Assembly: GCA_964582065.1 (NCBI GenBank)
Contig: CAZOQG010000003.1
Location: 1-42,250 of the forward strand
Source of the DNA: an uncultured Dehalococcoidales bacterium
GTDB taxonomy: Bacteria; Chloroflexota; Dehalococcoidia; GIF9; UBA5629
Length of the DNA: 42,250 nt
Direction: 5' to 3'
The translations under genes were made by a program, and so were the position numbers. The notes beneath the pieces were generated by a model. It made no database searches, had not been told where the DNA came from, and saw nothing but the letters and a program-made list of their open reading frames with translations. Below are positions 17,385-28,892 of this stretch, piece by piece (position 1 is the first letter of the stretch; each line of letters starts with the position of its first letter).

Positions 17385-18518
17385 ATGGATCTAACATTCA
17401 GTGAAGCACAAGAGATACTAAGAAAGATGGCACGGGATTTCCTTTCCACGGAATGTCCCAAGACCTTGGTGAGGGAGCTCCAGGGCAGCGAGAAAGGATA
17501 CTCTCCCGAACTCTGGAAGAAGATGGCGGAGCTGGGATGGCTCGGGCTAATTGTTCCCGAGGAATATGAGGGCATGGGTTATACCTTCCAGGACCTGACC
17601 GTTCTCCTGGAGGAGACAGGCAGGAACATTCTCCCCGGACCATTAGTCCCCACTATAACAAGTACTTTCCCCATACTGGACGTGGGCTCTGAAGAACAAA
17701 AGAAAGAGCTTCTGCCAAAGATAGTTGCTGGAGAGCTAATTCTCACTACAGCCCTGCTTGAAGCCGAGGGCACGCTTGACCCGTCTGGAATTGCCGTCAA
17801 AGCGACGCCTAAAGGCGATGATTTCGTAATCAATGGCACGAAGCTTTTTGTGGAAATGGCTCATGTTGCCGACTACCTCATCTGTGCCGCTAGGACGAAA
17901 GACGGAACCTCACCCGAGGAGGGAATCACCCTGTTCATAGTTGACGCCAAGGCTACAGGAATCGCCTGCGAGGTAATGCCTACCATAGCCCTGGACAAGC
18001 TGTGTGAAGTACGGTTCAAGGATGTCCTGGTGCCTAAAAAAAACGTGTTGGGTGAGCTAGATAAAGGGTGGCCCGTTATACAGAAGATGCTTGAGAAAGG
18101 AGCTATTGCCAAATGCGCCGAGTCCATCGGCGGTATGCAAACCGCTGTTGAGATGACCGTGGTATATTCCAAGGAGAGAGTCCAGTACGGCAGGCCTATT
18201 GGAGCTTTCCAGGCAGTCCAGCATATGATAGCTGACATGTGGTCCTCGATGGAGACCAGTCGCTATCTGGTCTACGAGGCAGCATGGATGCAATCCGAGG
18301 GGTTCCCCTGTGCCAAGGAGGTCTCCATGGCAAAGGCATATGTCAACGAAGCCTATAAGTACGTGACCAAGTGGGCGATAAGGCTGCACGGCGGCATCGG
18401 CACCAGCAACGACCACGATATACCCCTTTATTACCAAAAGGCCAAGGCTGCAGATACTGCTTTTGGGGGCACCGACTTCCACAGGGAGCTAGTTGCGCAA
18501 CAAATTGGCCTCCTTTAG
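17385..18518 (+). CDS. Acyl-CoA dehydrogenase (partner-type subunit)
   Basis: LWKKMAELGW, LLEETGR, NGTKLFV, RVQYGRPIGAFQAVQH, HGGIG; AGGAGG RBS. Confidence 0.92.
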   Translation: MDLTFSEAQEILRKMARDFLSTECPKTLVRELQGSEKGYSPELWKKMAELGWLGLIVPEEYEGMGYTFQDLTVLLEETGRNILPGPLVPTITSTFPILDVGSEEQKKELLPKIVAGELILTTALLEAEGTLDPSGIAVKATPKGDDFVINGTKLFVEMAHVADYLICAARTKDGTSPEEGITLFIVDAKATGIACEVMPTIALDKLCEVRFKDVLVPKKNVLGELDKGWPVIQKMLEKGAIAKCAESIGGMQTAVEMTVVYSKERVQYGRPIGAFQAVQHMIADMWSSMETSRYLVYEAAWMQSEGFPCAKEVSMAKAYVNEAYKYVTKWAIRLHGGIGTSNDHDIPLYYQKAKAADTAFGGTDFHRELVAQQIGLL

Positions 18519-18552
18519 CGCTCTAGGGTCGTTTAGCAATTGAGAGTTGCCT

Positions 18553-18588
18553 AGCCCCTCTTTCCCGGAGGGGCTGAGTTCTTGTTTT
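18553..18588 (+). terminator. Putative intrinsic terminator
   Basis: AGCCCCTC-N7-GAGGGGCT followed by a T-rich tract. Confidence 0.6.
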
Positions 18589-18697
18589 CCCTCTGCCTTC
18601 AAGCACTGCTCATCTTGTCTAGTCTAGATACTCATCGCACCGTTCCCGGCCTCGCCTCCAGGGCTGACAAACCATCAGCATCTCCGTTACCTCTCCT

Positions 18698-18726
18698 TTG
18701 AACCCGCGGTTGCTATTTGCTACACT
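18698..18726 (+). promoter_or_regulatory. Putative promoter for second ACAD pair
   Basis: TTGAAC-N17-TACACT with TG extension. Confidence 0.5.
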
Positions 18727-18879
18727 AATACGGCATCCTTAGCATAAGGCCACATTGTAATTGAAGCCCAATTTAACCCCGTTGCAATAGGCAAATGATA
18801 ACGCCAACGTAAGAGCGATGGCTTAAAAGGATTTGACGCCGTCTCAAAGGACTCAGATATAACAATAAGGAGGCACAAT

Positions 18880-20079
18880 ATGGATTTTGGATTCACCCCA
18901 GAAGAAGAGAAGCTTAGACGCGAGGTTCGTGATTTTCTCCAGAAGGAGGTCACACCTGAAGTCATCGCCGAAGTGGCAGAGTACTGCGGAGGAGCTGGGC
19001 CAGTATTCGGCCGCAAGTTCATTCAGAAGATGGGAGCGCAGAGCTGGCTTTGTCCTACATGGCCAAAGGAATACGGCGGCCTAGATAGTACGGAAATGGT
19101 AGGCTTCATGATGCGTGATGAAATGACATACGCTGGAGCGCCGGTGTCCCTCATTGGCGCAAGTATGGCAGGCCCGACCATTTTGAGATGTGGCAGCGAC
19201 GAGATGAAGAAGGAGTTCTTGCCTCGCATCGCCAGAGGTGAAATAGAGATGGCCCTGGGCTACACAGAGCCTCAAGCAGGGTCTGACCTGGCAGCACTCG
19301 AGATCCGGGCCGAGGATAAGTCAGAGGTGGAGGCTGATGACAAGGGAGATTACTTCCTTCTGAACGGGCAGAAGATGTTCAATACCCATGCCCACTTTGC
19401 CGATTACCACTGGCTGGGAGCCAGGACTGAGACTGACCCGGCGGTTCGTAGGCACAGGGGAATCTCATTGATGGTCGTAGACCTGAAGAGTCCAGGCATC
19501 ACCATACGGAACATGTTAACCATAGCCGGCTGGAAAACAAATGAGGTGTTCTACGACAACGTGAAGGTCCCCAAGAAGAACCTGGTAGGGGAGATAAACC
19601 GCGGATTCTATTACATAATGACTGCTCTTGACTTCGAGAGGATGTTCCCTATCGGCGGGTTTCAGCGTCTATTTGATGAACTGGTGAAGTACACCAAGGA
19701 GACAAAACGCGACGGAAAACCCTTGAGCCAAGACCCAGTCATCCGGCAAAAGTTGGCCCAGACGGCAATCGAGCTGGAAGCAGCAAGTCTGCTCTATTAT
19801 CAGCTAGCCTATATACTAGACAAGGGTGAGGTACCCAATTACCAATCGTCTATGCAGAAGGTGTTCGCCACTGAGACAGCCCATCGCCTGGCTGATGTTG
19901 CTATGCAAATAATGGGGCCTCGCGGACAACTGCAGACGGGCTCCAAATGGGCCCCGCTTAATGGCGAAGCAGAACTCCACTATCGCTGGGGATTTATTGA
20001 GACTGTCTATGCCGGCACGTCCGAAATCATGAGAAACATTATCGCTCTCAGAGGACTAGGACTACCTTTGACGGGTTGA
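18880..20079 (+). CDS. Acyl-CoA dehydrogenase (catalytic-type, FadE26/FadE29-like)
   Basis: WPKEYGG, LGYTEPQAGSDL, NGQKMF, ALDFER, AGTSEIMRNII. Confidence 0.93.
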   Translation: MDFGFTPEEEKLRREVRDFLQKEVTPEVIAEVAEYCGGAGPVFGRKFIQKMGAQSWLCPTWPKEYGGLDSTEMVGFMMRDEMTYAGAPVSLIGASMAGPTILRCGSDEMKKEFLPRIARGEIEMALGYTEPQAGSDLAALEIRAEDKSEVEADDKGDYFLLNGQKMFNTHAHFADYHWLGARTETDPAVRRHRGISLMVVDLKSPGITIRNMLTIAGWKTNEVFYDNVKVPKKNLVGEINRGFYYIMTALDFERMFPIGGFQRLFDELVKYTKETKRDGKPLSQDPVIRQKLAQTAIELEAASLLYYQLAYILDKGEVPNYQSSMQKVFATETAHRLADVAMQIMGPRGQLQTGSKWAPLNGEAELHYRWGFIETVYAGTSEIMRNIIALRGLGLPLTG

Positions 20080-20132
20080 TCCAAGTTTCAAAATCTCGGC
20101 AAGGTGCGATTCAAAAAGGAGGAACAACCATT

Positions 20133-21248
20133 ATGGACTACGACCTTAGCGAACAACAAGAGATGCTCAAGAAAACATCTCACGACTTCCTCGCCACGGA
20201 ATGTCCCAAAAGCCTGGTAAGGCAGATGGTGAGCGACGAGAAGGGATATCCTCCGGAACTGTGGCACAGAATGGCAGAGCTGGGTTGGATGGGATTGCCA
20301 TTCCCCGAAGAGTATGGCGGCACTGGAGGGAGCTTCCTTGACCTGGCTGTTCTCCTTGAAGAAATGGGGCGTGTCTGCTTGCCGGCTCCGTTTTTATCTA
20401 CCGTGGTTCTAGCAGGTATGACCATCCTCGAGGCGGGCAACGAGACTCAGAAACAGGAGTTGCTGCCCAAGATTGCTGAAGGGAAATTGATTGTTGCTTT
20501 AGCCCTGACCGAACCTGGCGGAGGATACAGTGCTGATAAGGTAACTGTGGAGGCAGTCGCCGATGGAAATAACTATGTCATCAGCGGCACGAAGCTTTTT
20601 GTTCCCGATGCCCATGTTGCTGACTACATTATCTGTGTCGCAAAAACAACGGGCGGGGTCACCCTGTTCTTAATAGATAGTAAGACTTCGGGTATTAGTT
20701 ACACCATACTCAAGACCATTGTTGGTGACAAGCAATTCGAGGTAGTATTCGATAAGGTAAAAGTGCCCAAGGAAAACATCCTTGGAAAGGAAGGGCAGGG
20801 ACACATTCAACTGCAAGAGGTGTTACGTAAAGCGGCAGTGGCCAAGTGTGCTGAGATGGTCGGCGGTGCCCAGCAAGTCCTAGAAATGACCGTGGATTAT
20901 GTTAAAGACCGCAAGCAGTTTGGAGTCCCCGTAGGTACGTTTCAAGCTGTTCAACATCACTGCGCTAATATGGTTACTGACATCGATACATCAAGGTTTG
21001 TTACCTACCAGGCAGCATGGAAGATAAGCCAGGGGCTTCCTTATGCTAAAGACGCAGCCATGGCGAAAGCCTGGGTAAGCGATGCCTACAGGCGGGTTAC
21101 TAAACTGGGCCACCAAAGCATGGGAGGGGTGAGTCTAATGGAAGATCACGATATGCCCCTATATTCGAAACGTGCTAAGTCAGCCGAACTCACCTTCGGT
21201 GATGCTGATTTCCATCGAGAGGCATTAGCTCAGGCGTTAGGGCTGTAG
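20133..21248 (+). CDS. Acyl-CoA dehydrogenase (partner-type subunit)
   Basis: LWHRMAELGW, LLEEMGR, SGTKLFV, RKQFGVPVGTFQAVQH; AAGGAGG RBS. Confidence 0.92.
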   Translation: MDYDLSEQQEMLKKTSHDFLATECPKSLVRQMVSDEKGYPPELWHRMAELGWMGLPFPEEYGGTGGSFLDLAVLLEEMGRVCLPAPFLSTVVLAGMTILEAGNETQKQELLPKIAEGKLIVALALTEPGGGYSADKVTVEAVADGNNYVISGTKLFVPDAHVADYIICVAKTTGGVTLFLIDSKTSGISYTILKTIVGDKQFEVVFDKVKVPKENILGKEGQGHIQLQEVLRKAAVAKCAEMVGGAQQVLEMTVDYVKDRKQFGVPVGTFQAVQHHCANMVTDIDTSRFVTYQAAWKISQGLPYAKDAAMAKAWVSDAYRRVTKLGHQSMGGVSLMEDHDMPLYSKRAKSAELTFGDADFHREALAQALGL

Positions 21249-21508
21249 CTCTAAGCTGCGGCAGACTAAGAACAAAAAGCGGCACGACAATCGCTGCCTT
21301 ATCAAGAAATCATCACACCCTGCTGTTGTCTGGCCAAACCACGAGCTCGAACTAGTCTCTCGTGGTCGCCTGTCTTTGCTTGGCCGCCATACTGACCATT
21401 CACAGAACGTCCTGCCATTCTCACAACGGCCAACCAGCCTCCTGCCAAAAGCCTCTGAGCTACGCGGACCCAGTGCTTCCTACAGGGGACAGACTGCCTT
21501 TCCGGCAA

Positions 21509-21537
21509 TTGCCTCACCAGTCGGCTTATGATATACT
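21509..21537 (+). promoter_or_regulatory. Putative rpsB promoter
   Basis: TTGCCT-N17-TATACT with TG extension. Confidence 0.6.
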
Positions 21538-21585
21538 TATCAACACCTTTGATCAAGCAATGTCGTCTGAAACTAGGAGGTATAT

Positions 21586-22371
21586 TTGTCAGAGCCTATT
21601 TCAGTTAAACAGCTCCTAGAGGCTGGAGCTCATTTTGGACACCTGACTGCCCATTGGCACCCACGTATGAAAAGCTATATTTTCACCGAACGCAATGGTA
21701 TTCACATCATTGACCTGGACCAGACTGTAACCATGCTAGATAAGGCCTGCACCTACGTCAGAGATTTGGTCAGCAATGGGGAAAGCATTCTCTTTGTCGG
21801 CACCAAGAAACAAGCTCAGGAAATCATAGAAGAAGAAGCTAAACGGTGTGGCATGTATTATGTCAACCAGCGGTGGTTGGGGGGGATGCTAACTAATTTT
21901 GCCACAATCCAGGCCAGAATAGATTATCTAGTTCGCCTCGAGGATAGAAAAGAAAGAGGCGAGCTAGACTACATGTCAAAGAAAGAAAGACTGAAGGTTG
22001 ATAAAAAGGTATCGCGTCTGAACAAGCTACTAGGTGGCTTCAAGGAAATGACTATTCTCCCTGGAGCTATGTTTATCGTGGACCCAACCAAAGAGAGGAT
22101 AGCTCTGGCCGAAGCAAAAAAGGTCGGGGTACCGGTAGTGGCTATAGTAGACACGAATTGCAATCCCACTGGCATCGATCACCTCATTCCTGCCAACGAT
22201 GATGCCATAAAGGCAATCAAACTCATATGCGGTAGGATAGCCGATGCCGTTCTTGAAGGCAAAATGATTAAGGAGACCGGCGAAGTCGGGATCGCTGAAC
22301 CAGCCCCCGCAGAGACGGAATCTGCTGAATTATTGGAATCCTATACTTTTGCACCTGACGAAATCGAATAG
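21586..22371 (+). CDS. rpsB: 30S ribosomal protein S2
   Basis: LLEAGAHFGH, RWLGGMLTN, PANDDA; TTG start after AGGAGG. Confidence 0.98.
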   Translation: MSEPISVKQLLEAGAHFGHLTAHWHPRMKSYIFTERNGIHIIDLDQTVTMLDKACTYVRDLVSNGESILFVGTKKQAQEIIEEEAKRCGMYYVNQRWLGGMLTNFATIQARIDYLVRLEDRKERGELDYMSKKERLKVDKKVSRLNKLLGGFKEMTILPGAMFIVDPTKERIALAEAKKVGVPVVAIVDTNCNPTGIDHLIPANDDAIKAIKLICGRIADAVLEGKMIKETGEVGIAEPAPAETESAELLESYTFAPDEIE

Positions 22372-22411
22372 GCGACGCGTTGACGCCTTCTTCACAGAGA
22401 AGGAGACAAAA

Positions 22412-24209
<1,798 letters not shown>

Positions 24210-24294
24210 GGACTCAGAAAACCACAGCCTACGATTTTGCAGAGAAGTCAATAGCCACTGACAGAGAATCAAAGCATAAGCATGCCAATAACGG

Positions 24295-24342
24295 GAAGCC
24301 TTGCTAATGCCTACGGACCATTGTCGCCGCCGCTTTGGAGAA
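24295..24342 (+). pseudogene. uppS: Probable C-terminal remnant of uppS (undecaprenyl diphosphate synthase)
   Basis: Sits at the syntenic frr-[uppS]-cdsA position; encodes EALL..(A-Y)-DHCRRRFG, resembling the UppS terminal YxxRxRRFG motif; in-frame TAA just upstream. Confidence 0.6.
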
Positions 24343-24362
24343 CCAGAGCCTGAGGAACAAGC

Positions 24363-25157
24363 ATGCTCAGGCAGAGACTATTCACTGCTATCATCGGCCT
24401 ACCGCTCCTCATTGCCGCAATCTGGTTTGGCGAACCTTGGTTTACGTTCCTGATAGCTGCTGCAGCCATAGTTGGTAGCCTCGAGTTCTACCGAATGGCC
24501 AGCCAGTCTAGAATACAGCCACTTACCTATTTGGGCGCAGCTTGGGTATTATTACTTGTCCTCAGCCCCCACTGTCCATACGCTGGCACGACGCCTTTCC
24601 TCATCACTTCAGCCATAGTCATCTCTCTAATCTGGCTGCTATTTAGGTCTCCAAGAGAACAGGCTTTCAACAACTGGGCGTGGACGATAGCAGGAATCCT
24701 CTATGTTGGCTGGATGCTTAGCTACTGGGTTGACCTCAGGAACCTGGAAGCTGGCAAGGCGTGGGTGTTCTGGGCTATAATCACTACTTTGGCCAGTGAT
24801 ACCTGTGCCTTTTTTGTCGGCAGAGCTTGGGGTAAACACCCCCTGGCTCCAGCCTTAAGTCCCGGCAAGACCTGGGAGGGAGCCATAGGTGGGCTACTGG
24901 CTAGCGTCATAGTCTCTCCAATTCTCGGTATGATCTTGTCACTGCCGTTCAATTACTGGCAGGCGGCGCTTCTGGGGGGTGTCATCAGCATATTCGCTCA
25001 GCTCGGCGATTTAGTTGAGTCATTACTTAAGCGTAACACAGGCGCCAAGGACTCAGGGAGCTTACTACCCGGACATGGAGGTATCCTCGACCGTATTGAC
25101 AGCCACATACTCACCGGGGCTATAGCATACTACTGTGCAGAATTCGCTGCATTATGA
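24363..25157 (+). CDS. cdsA: Phosphatidate cytidylyltransferase
   Basis: SPGKTWEG, GDLVESLLKR, KDSG.LLPGHGGILDRIDS. Confidence 0.97.
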   Translation: MLRQRLFTAIIGLPLLIAAIWFGEPWFTFLIAAAAIVGSLEFYRMASQSRIQPLTYLGAAWVLLLVLSPHCPYAGTTPFLITSAIVISLIWLLFRSPREQAFNNWAWTIAGILYVGWMLSYWVDLRNLEAGKAWVFWAIITTLASDTCAFFVGRAWGKHPLAPALSPGKTWEGAIGGLLASVIVSPILGMILSLPFNYWQAALLGGVISIFAQLGDLVESLLKRNTGAKDSGSLLPGHGGILDRIDSHILTGAIAYYCAEFAAL

Positions 25158-26293
25158 GCAACACCGTGAAAAGATTGGCTATCCTAGGTTCGACGGGCTC
25201 AATAGGGCAGCAGACTCTCGATATAGTGAGAACCTTCCCCAACAAATTCAGGGTCATAGGACTGGCTGGGAGGGAAAACAGCGGTCTACTAGTTAAACAA
25301 GTCAGTGAATTCCAGCCCCAACTGGTCTATTCAGCACTTAAGCTTGACCTACCCGGTAAGGCAGAGTTTTCATCAATGGAAGAGATAGCCAGCCACCCTG
25401 ATGTCGACCTTGTCGTCATAGCCACCACAGGCAAAACGGGACTGACCCCGGCTCTAGCAAGTATAAGAGCCAGCAAGAAGATAGCCCTTGCCAACAAAGA
25501 GATACTGGTCATGGCAGGCGAAATCATCACCGCAGAAGCCAAACAACACCGAGCACAGATACTACCTATCGATAGTGAGCATAGCGCCATATGGCAGTGC
25601 CTCCGTGGAGAGAAAGGCGAGGTGGCTCGACTCATCCTGACAGCCTCAGGGGGGCCCTTCTACCGCTACTCTCCGTCGCAATTGGCCAAGGTCACCATTG
25701 AAGAAGCTCTCCAGCACCCTACCTGGAAAATGGGAAGGAAAGTCACTATTGATTCGGCAACCCTTATGAACAAGGGGCTGGAAGCAATCGAAGCTCACTG
25801 GCTTTTTTCCATCCCCTTCAGCAAAATCGAAATTGTCATCCACCCACAGAGTATTGTTCATTCTCTAGTAGAATTCATGGATGGCTCGCTAAAAGCGCAA
25901 CTCAGCTTCCCCGATATGCATCTGCCCATACAATATGCGTTGTCCTATCCCAGACGGCTGCCTAACTCTGAGTTGCCACGCCTTGACTTAGTCCAAGTGA
26001 AGACACTAAACTTTGAGCCGGTGACTTATCACAATTTCCCTTGCCTAAGACTAGCTCTCGAGGCCGCTAAAAATGGGGGGACTTACCCCGCCGTCCTCTG
26101 TGCCGCCGATGAAATAGCTACCCATCTCTTTCTGGCCGGGCAGACGAGTTTTCCTGGCATCCCTGAAATAGTAGCCAGGACTATCGACCTACACCGAGGC
26201 ATTGCCAACCCTACTCTGGACGAGATTCTAGCCGCTGATACCTGGGCCAGAGAAACTGCGCTCAATGTTGCCACAAAGGAAAGCCTATGTTAG
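25154..26293 (+). CDS. dxr: 1-deoxy-D-xylulose-5-phosphate reductoisomerase
   Basis: LGSTGSIG, LANKE, PIDSEH, TASGGPF, HPTWKMG.K.TIDSAT. Confidence 0.97.
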   Translation: MSNTVKRLAILGSTGSIGQQTLDIVRTFPNKFRVIGLAGRENSGLLVKQVSEFQPQLVYSALKLDLPGKAEFSSMEEIASHPDVDLVVIATTGKTGLTPALASIRASKKIALANKEILVMAGEIITAEAKQHRAQILPIDSEHSAIWQCLRGEKGEVARLILTASGGPFYRYSPSQLAKVTIEEALQHPTWKMGRKVTIDSATLMNKGLEAIEAHWLFSIPFSKIEIVIHPQSIVHSLVEFMDGSLKAQLSFPDMHLPIQYALSYPRRLPNSELPRLDLVQVKTLNFEPVTYHNFPCLRLALEAAKNGGTYPAVLCAADEIATHLFLAGQTSFPGIPEIVARTIDLHRGIANPTLDEILAADTWARETALNVATKESLC

Positions 26294-27357
26294 AAACAAT
26301 AGCACTGACAGCGGCCAGCTTTGTCGGTGTATTACTAGTACTTGTCTTTGCCCATGAACTTGGGCATTTCGTCACAGCCAAGCTTTCGGGAGTAAAAGTA
26401 GAGGAGTTTGGCATTGGTTTTCCCCCTCGGCTCCTGAGTTTCAAGCGGGGCGAGACAGTATACTCGCTAAACGCTATACTGCTCGGCGGTTTCACCAAGC
26501 TGCTAGGAGAGGAAGACCCAACATTTCCGGGCAGCCTAGCTAGCAAAAGCATCGCCACCAGATTTTTGGTCCTTGGCGCCGGTTCAATGATGAATATCTT
26601 GCTTCCCATATTGCTTTTCTCAATCGCCTTTATGGTGCCTCACGACATGCTACTAGAAAAAGTGGTGGTCGAGGAAGTAGCCCCAAGCTCGCCGGCTCAA
26701 AGCGCTGGGATTGAACCCGGGGACACGATACTAGAAATAAACGGCCGCACAATTGAGAACCGTGGTACTGTCGGCTACCTCATCCAGCTGAATCTTGGCT
26801 CAGAAGTAAACATCTTGTTTCAGAAGCCTGACCTCAGCCAAAATGAAGTCAATGTGAAGCCAAGGTGGAATCCACCGCAGGGGCAAGGGGCCATCGGCGT
26901 CACCATTACCGGGGCAGACAGCACTGTAGTCCGCGAGTCCTATCCTATTTGGAAAGCAGTCCCCTCTAGCGTAACTCACTGCTGGGAGATCCTTATCCTG
27001 TTTCGAAATGAAGTAGCAAGCTGGTTCATCAGAGGAACAGCACCTGAACTAGCCGGCCCGATAGGCATTGCCAAACTGACCGGCCAGATGGCCAAAGCTG
27101 GTCTAAGTCCGTTGCTTGAATTCGCTGCTCTAATCAGTATCAATTTGGCCATAATCAACCTATTTCCTTTCCCAGGTCTAGATGGAGGCAGGCTTGTCTT
27201 TGTAGCTTTGGAATGGGTTCGGCGGGGCAAGAGGATATCTGCCAAAAAAGAGGGACTTGTCCACCTTGTTGGCCTGATAGTATTGCTAGTGCTGATTGCC
27301 GCTATAAGCTATTATGACATTACACGTATTATCCAAGGGGAGAGCCTGCTGCCTTGA
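26287..27357 (+). CDS. rseP: RIP metalloprotease RseP (M50, PDZ)
   Basis: HELGH, PDZ segment SPAQSAGIEPGD, NLFPFPGLDGG; synteny. Confidence 0.93.
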   Translation: MLETIALTAASFVGVLLVLVFAHELGHFVTAKLSGVKVEEFGIGFPPRLLSFKRGETVYSLNAILLGGFTKLLGEEDPTFPGSLASKSIATRFLVLGAGSMMNILLPILLFSIAFMVPHDMLLEKVVVEEVAPSSPAQSAGIEPGDTILEINGRTIENRGTVGYLIQLNLGSEVNILFQKPDLSQNEVNVKPRWNPPQGQGAIGVTITGADSTVVRESYPIWKAVPSSVTHCWEILILFRNEVASWFIRGTAPELAGPIGIAKLTGQMAKAGLSPLLEFAALISINLAIINLFPFPGLDGGRLVFVALEWVRRGKRISAKKEGLVHLVGLIVLLVLIAAISYYDITRIIQGESLLP

Positions 27358-28412
27358 TAGTTCGTCGCTCATCTAAGCCTATCAGAGTTGGCACAATAAC
27401 CGTGGGGGGTGATGCTCCCATTGTAATTCAGTCTATGACCAAAACCGATACCAGGAACGTACCAGCTACCGTAGCTCAGATTAAGGAGCTCGCTGATTGC
27501 GGTTGTGAGATAGTCAGAGTAGCCGTGCCCGATGCGCAAGCTGCGCAGGCTATTTCAACCATTAAGCAAAATACTTCCATTCCCATCATTGCCGACATTC
27601 ATTTCGATTATCGGCTTGCCCTGGCGGCAATGGCAGCCGGCGCTGATGGGCTTCGCCTGAACCCTGGGAATATTCGTGACCCAGAGCAAATTGCCAAAGT
27701 AGTCCAGGCGGCTAAGGAAAGGCAGACACCCATTCGTATCGGCATCAACGCTGGAAGCCTACCACCCGCCTCAAGACAACACTCATCTATACCTGAGCAC
27801 ATGGTCAGCGCAGCGCTGGAGCAAATCAACCTACTGGAAAGCCTGGATTTTGATTTGATTAAGGTTTCCCTTAAAGCCTTCGACGTGCTTACCACAATCG
27901 AGGCCTACAGAACAATATCCCCAAGAATATCCTACCCTTTGCATCTAGGTATAACCGAGGCAGGTCTTCCTCGAGCAGGTGCTGTTCGCAGCGCAGTCGG
28001 CATTGGTATACTTCTTCACGAGGGTATCGGCGACACTATCCGTGTCTCCCTTAGCGCCCATCCTTGCGAGGAGGTAAATGCCGCTCATGAGATTCTAAGA
28101 AGCCTCGACCTCCGCCAACACGGCCCTACCTTGATAAGTTGCCCTGGCTGCGGTCGGGCTGAGGTGGATATCATTGGTTTGGCTGAGTCCGTAGACAGAA
28201 GGCTAAGCGAGATAAGTAAACCCATCAAGGTTGCCGTCATGGGCTGTGTTGTCAACGGTCCAGGTGAGGCAAAAGACGCCGATGTCGGCATTGCCTGCGG
28301 CAAAGGCAAAGGTGCCATCTTCAGAAAAGGCAAAGCGGTAAGCACTGTAGACGAGACACGATTCCTGCAAGCCTTAATGGCGGAGGTGGAAAATCTTTGC
28401 GCACTAGACTGA
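27354..28412 (+). CDS. ispG: HMBPP synthase
   Basis: QSMT, ADIHF, RLNPGN, HLGITEAG, GDTIRVSL, CPGCGR, MGCVVNGPGE. Confidence 0.97.
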   Translation: MIVRRSSKPIRVGTITVGGDAPIVIQSMTKTDTRNVPATVAQIKELADCGCEIVRVAVPDAQAAQAISTIKQNTSIPIIADIHFDYRLALAAMAAGADGLRLNPGNIRDPEQIAKVVQAAKERQTPIRIGINAGSLPPASRQHSSIPEHMVSAALEQINLLESLDFDLIKVSLKAFDVLTTIEAYRTISPRISYPLHLGITEAGLPRAGAVRSAVGIGILLHEGIGDTIRVSLSAHPCEEVNAAHEILRSLDLRQHGPTLISCPGCGRAEVDIIGLAESVDRRLSEISKPIKVAVMGCVVNGPGEAKDADVGIACGKGKGAIFRKGKAVSTVDETRFLQALMAEVENLCALD

Positions 28413-28551
28413 GTTACTTCGACATGATTTGATGTTGCAGGGTTCTCAGACTAATTCGCCCGCTCATAGGGGAGAAAGCGGGTAGCGACGCAAGCTATGG
28501 TTTTTCAGAATCGAGGAGTCTCAAGGAGGCCAGATTGATAAGGAGAACAAA

Positions 28552-28833
28552 ATGGAATATCCGATAACCATCGGTTTCCGTCATCAAGAAGGACTCTCAC
28601 GGCTGACTACTTTTTTCAGACTGCCTATGGTTGTGCCCCACTGGATTGTCCTGTGGGGTATCGGCATAGCCGTCAGCGTTGTCAGGTTTATTGCCTGGTG
28701 GGCTATTTTGTTCACTGGCAAATATCCTGAATGGGCTTTCAATTTCGTCGCCGGTTACGTTCGCTGGTACACTAGAGTAATGGCTTATTACTGTCTGCTA
28801 ACTGACAGATACCCGCCCTTCAGCATAGAATAG
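28552..28833 (+). CDS. DUF4389-like small membrane protein
   Basis: AILFTGKYP...GYVRW..RV.AY..LLTDRYPPF; AAGGAG RBS. Confidence 0.8.
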   Translation: MEYPITIGFRHQEGLSRLTTFFRLPMVVPHWIVLWGIGIAVSVVRFIAWWAILFTGKYPEWAFNFVAGYVRWYTRVMAYYCLLTDRYPPFSIE

Positions 28834-28892
28834 TCATCTGGCAACAGCCTTCTCAACAGCGAATTGAGAATTCTATTTAGAGGCCAACGAAT

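Noticed and set aside
21302-21619. Short ORFs between the last ACAD and rpsB
   Set aside because: No RBS or motif, and they overlap the rpsB promoter region.
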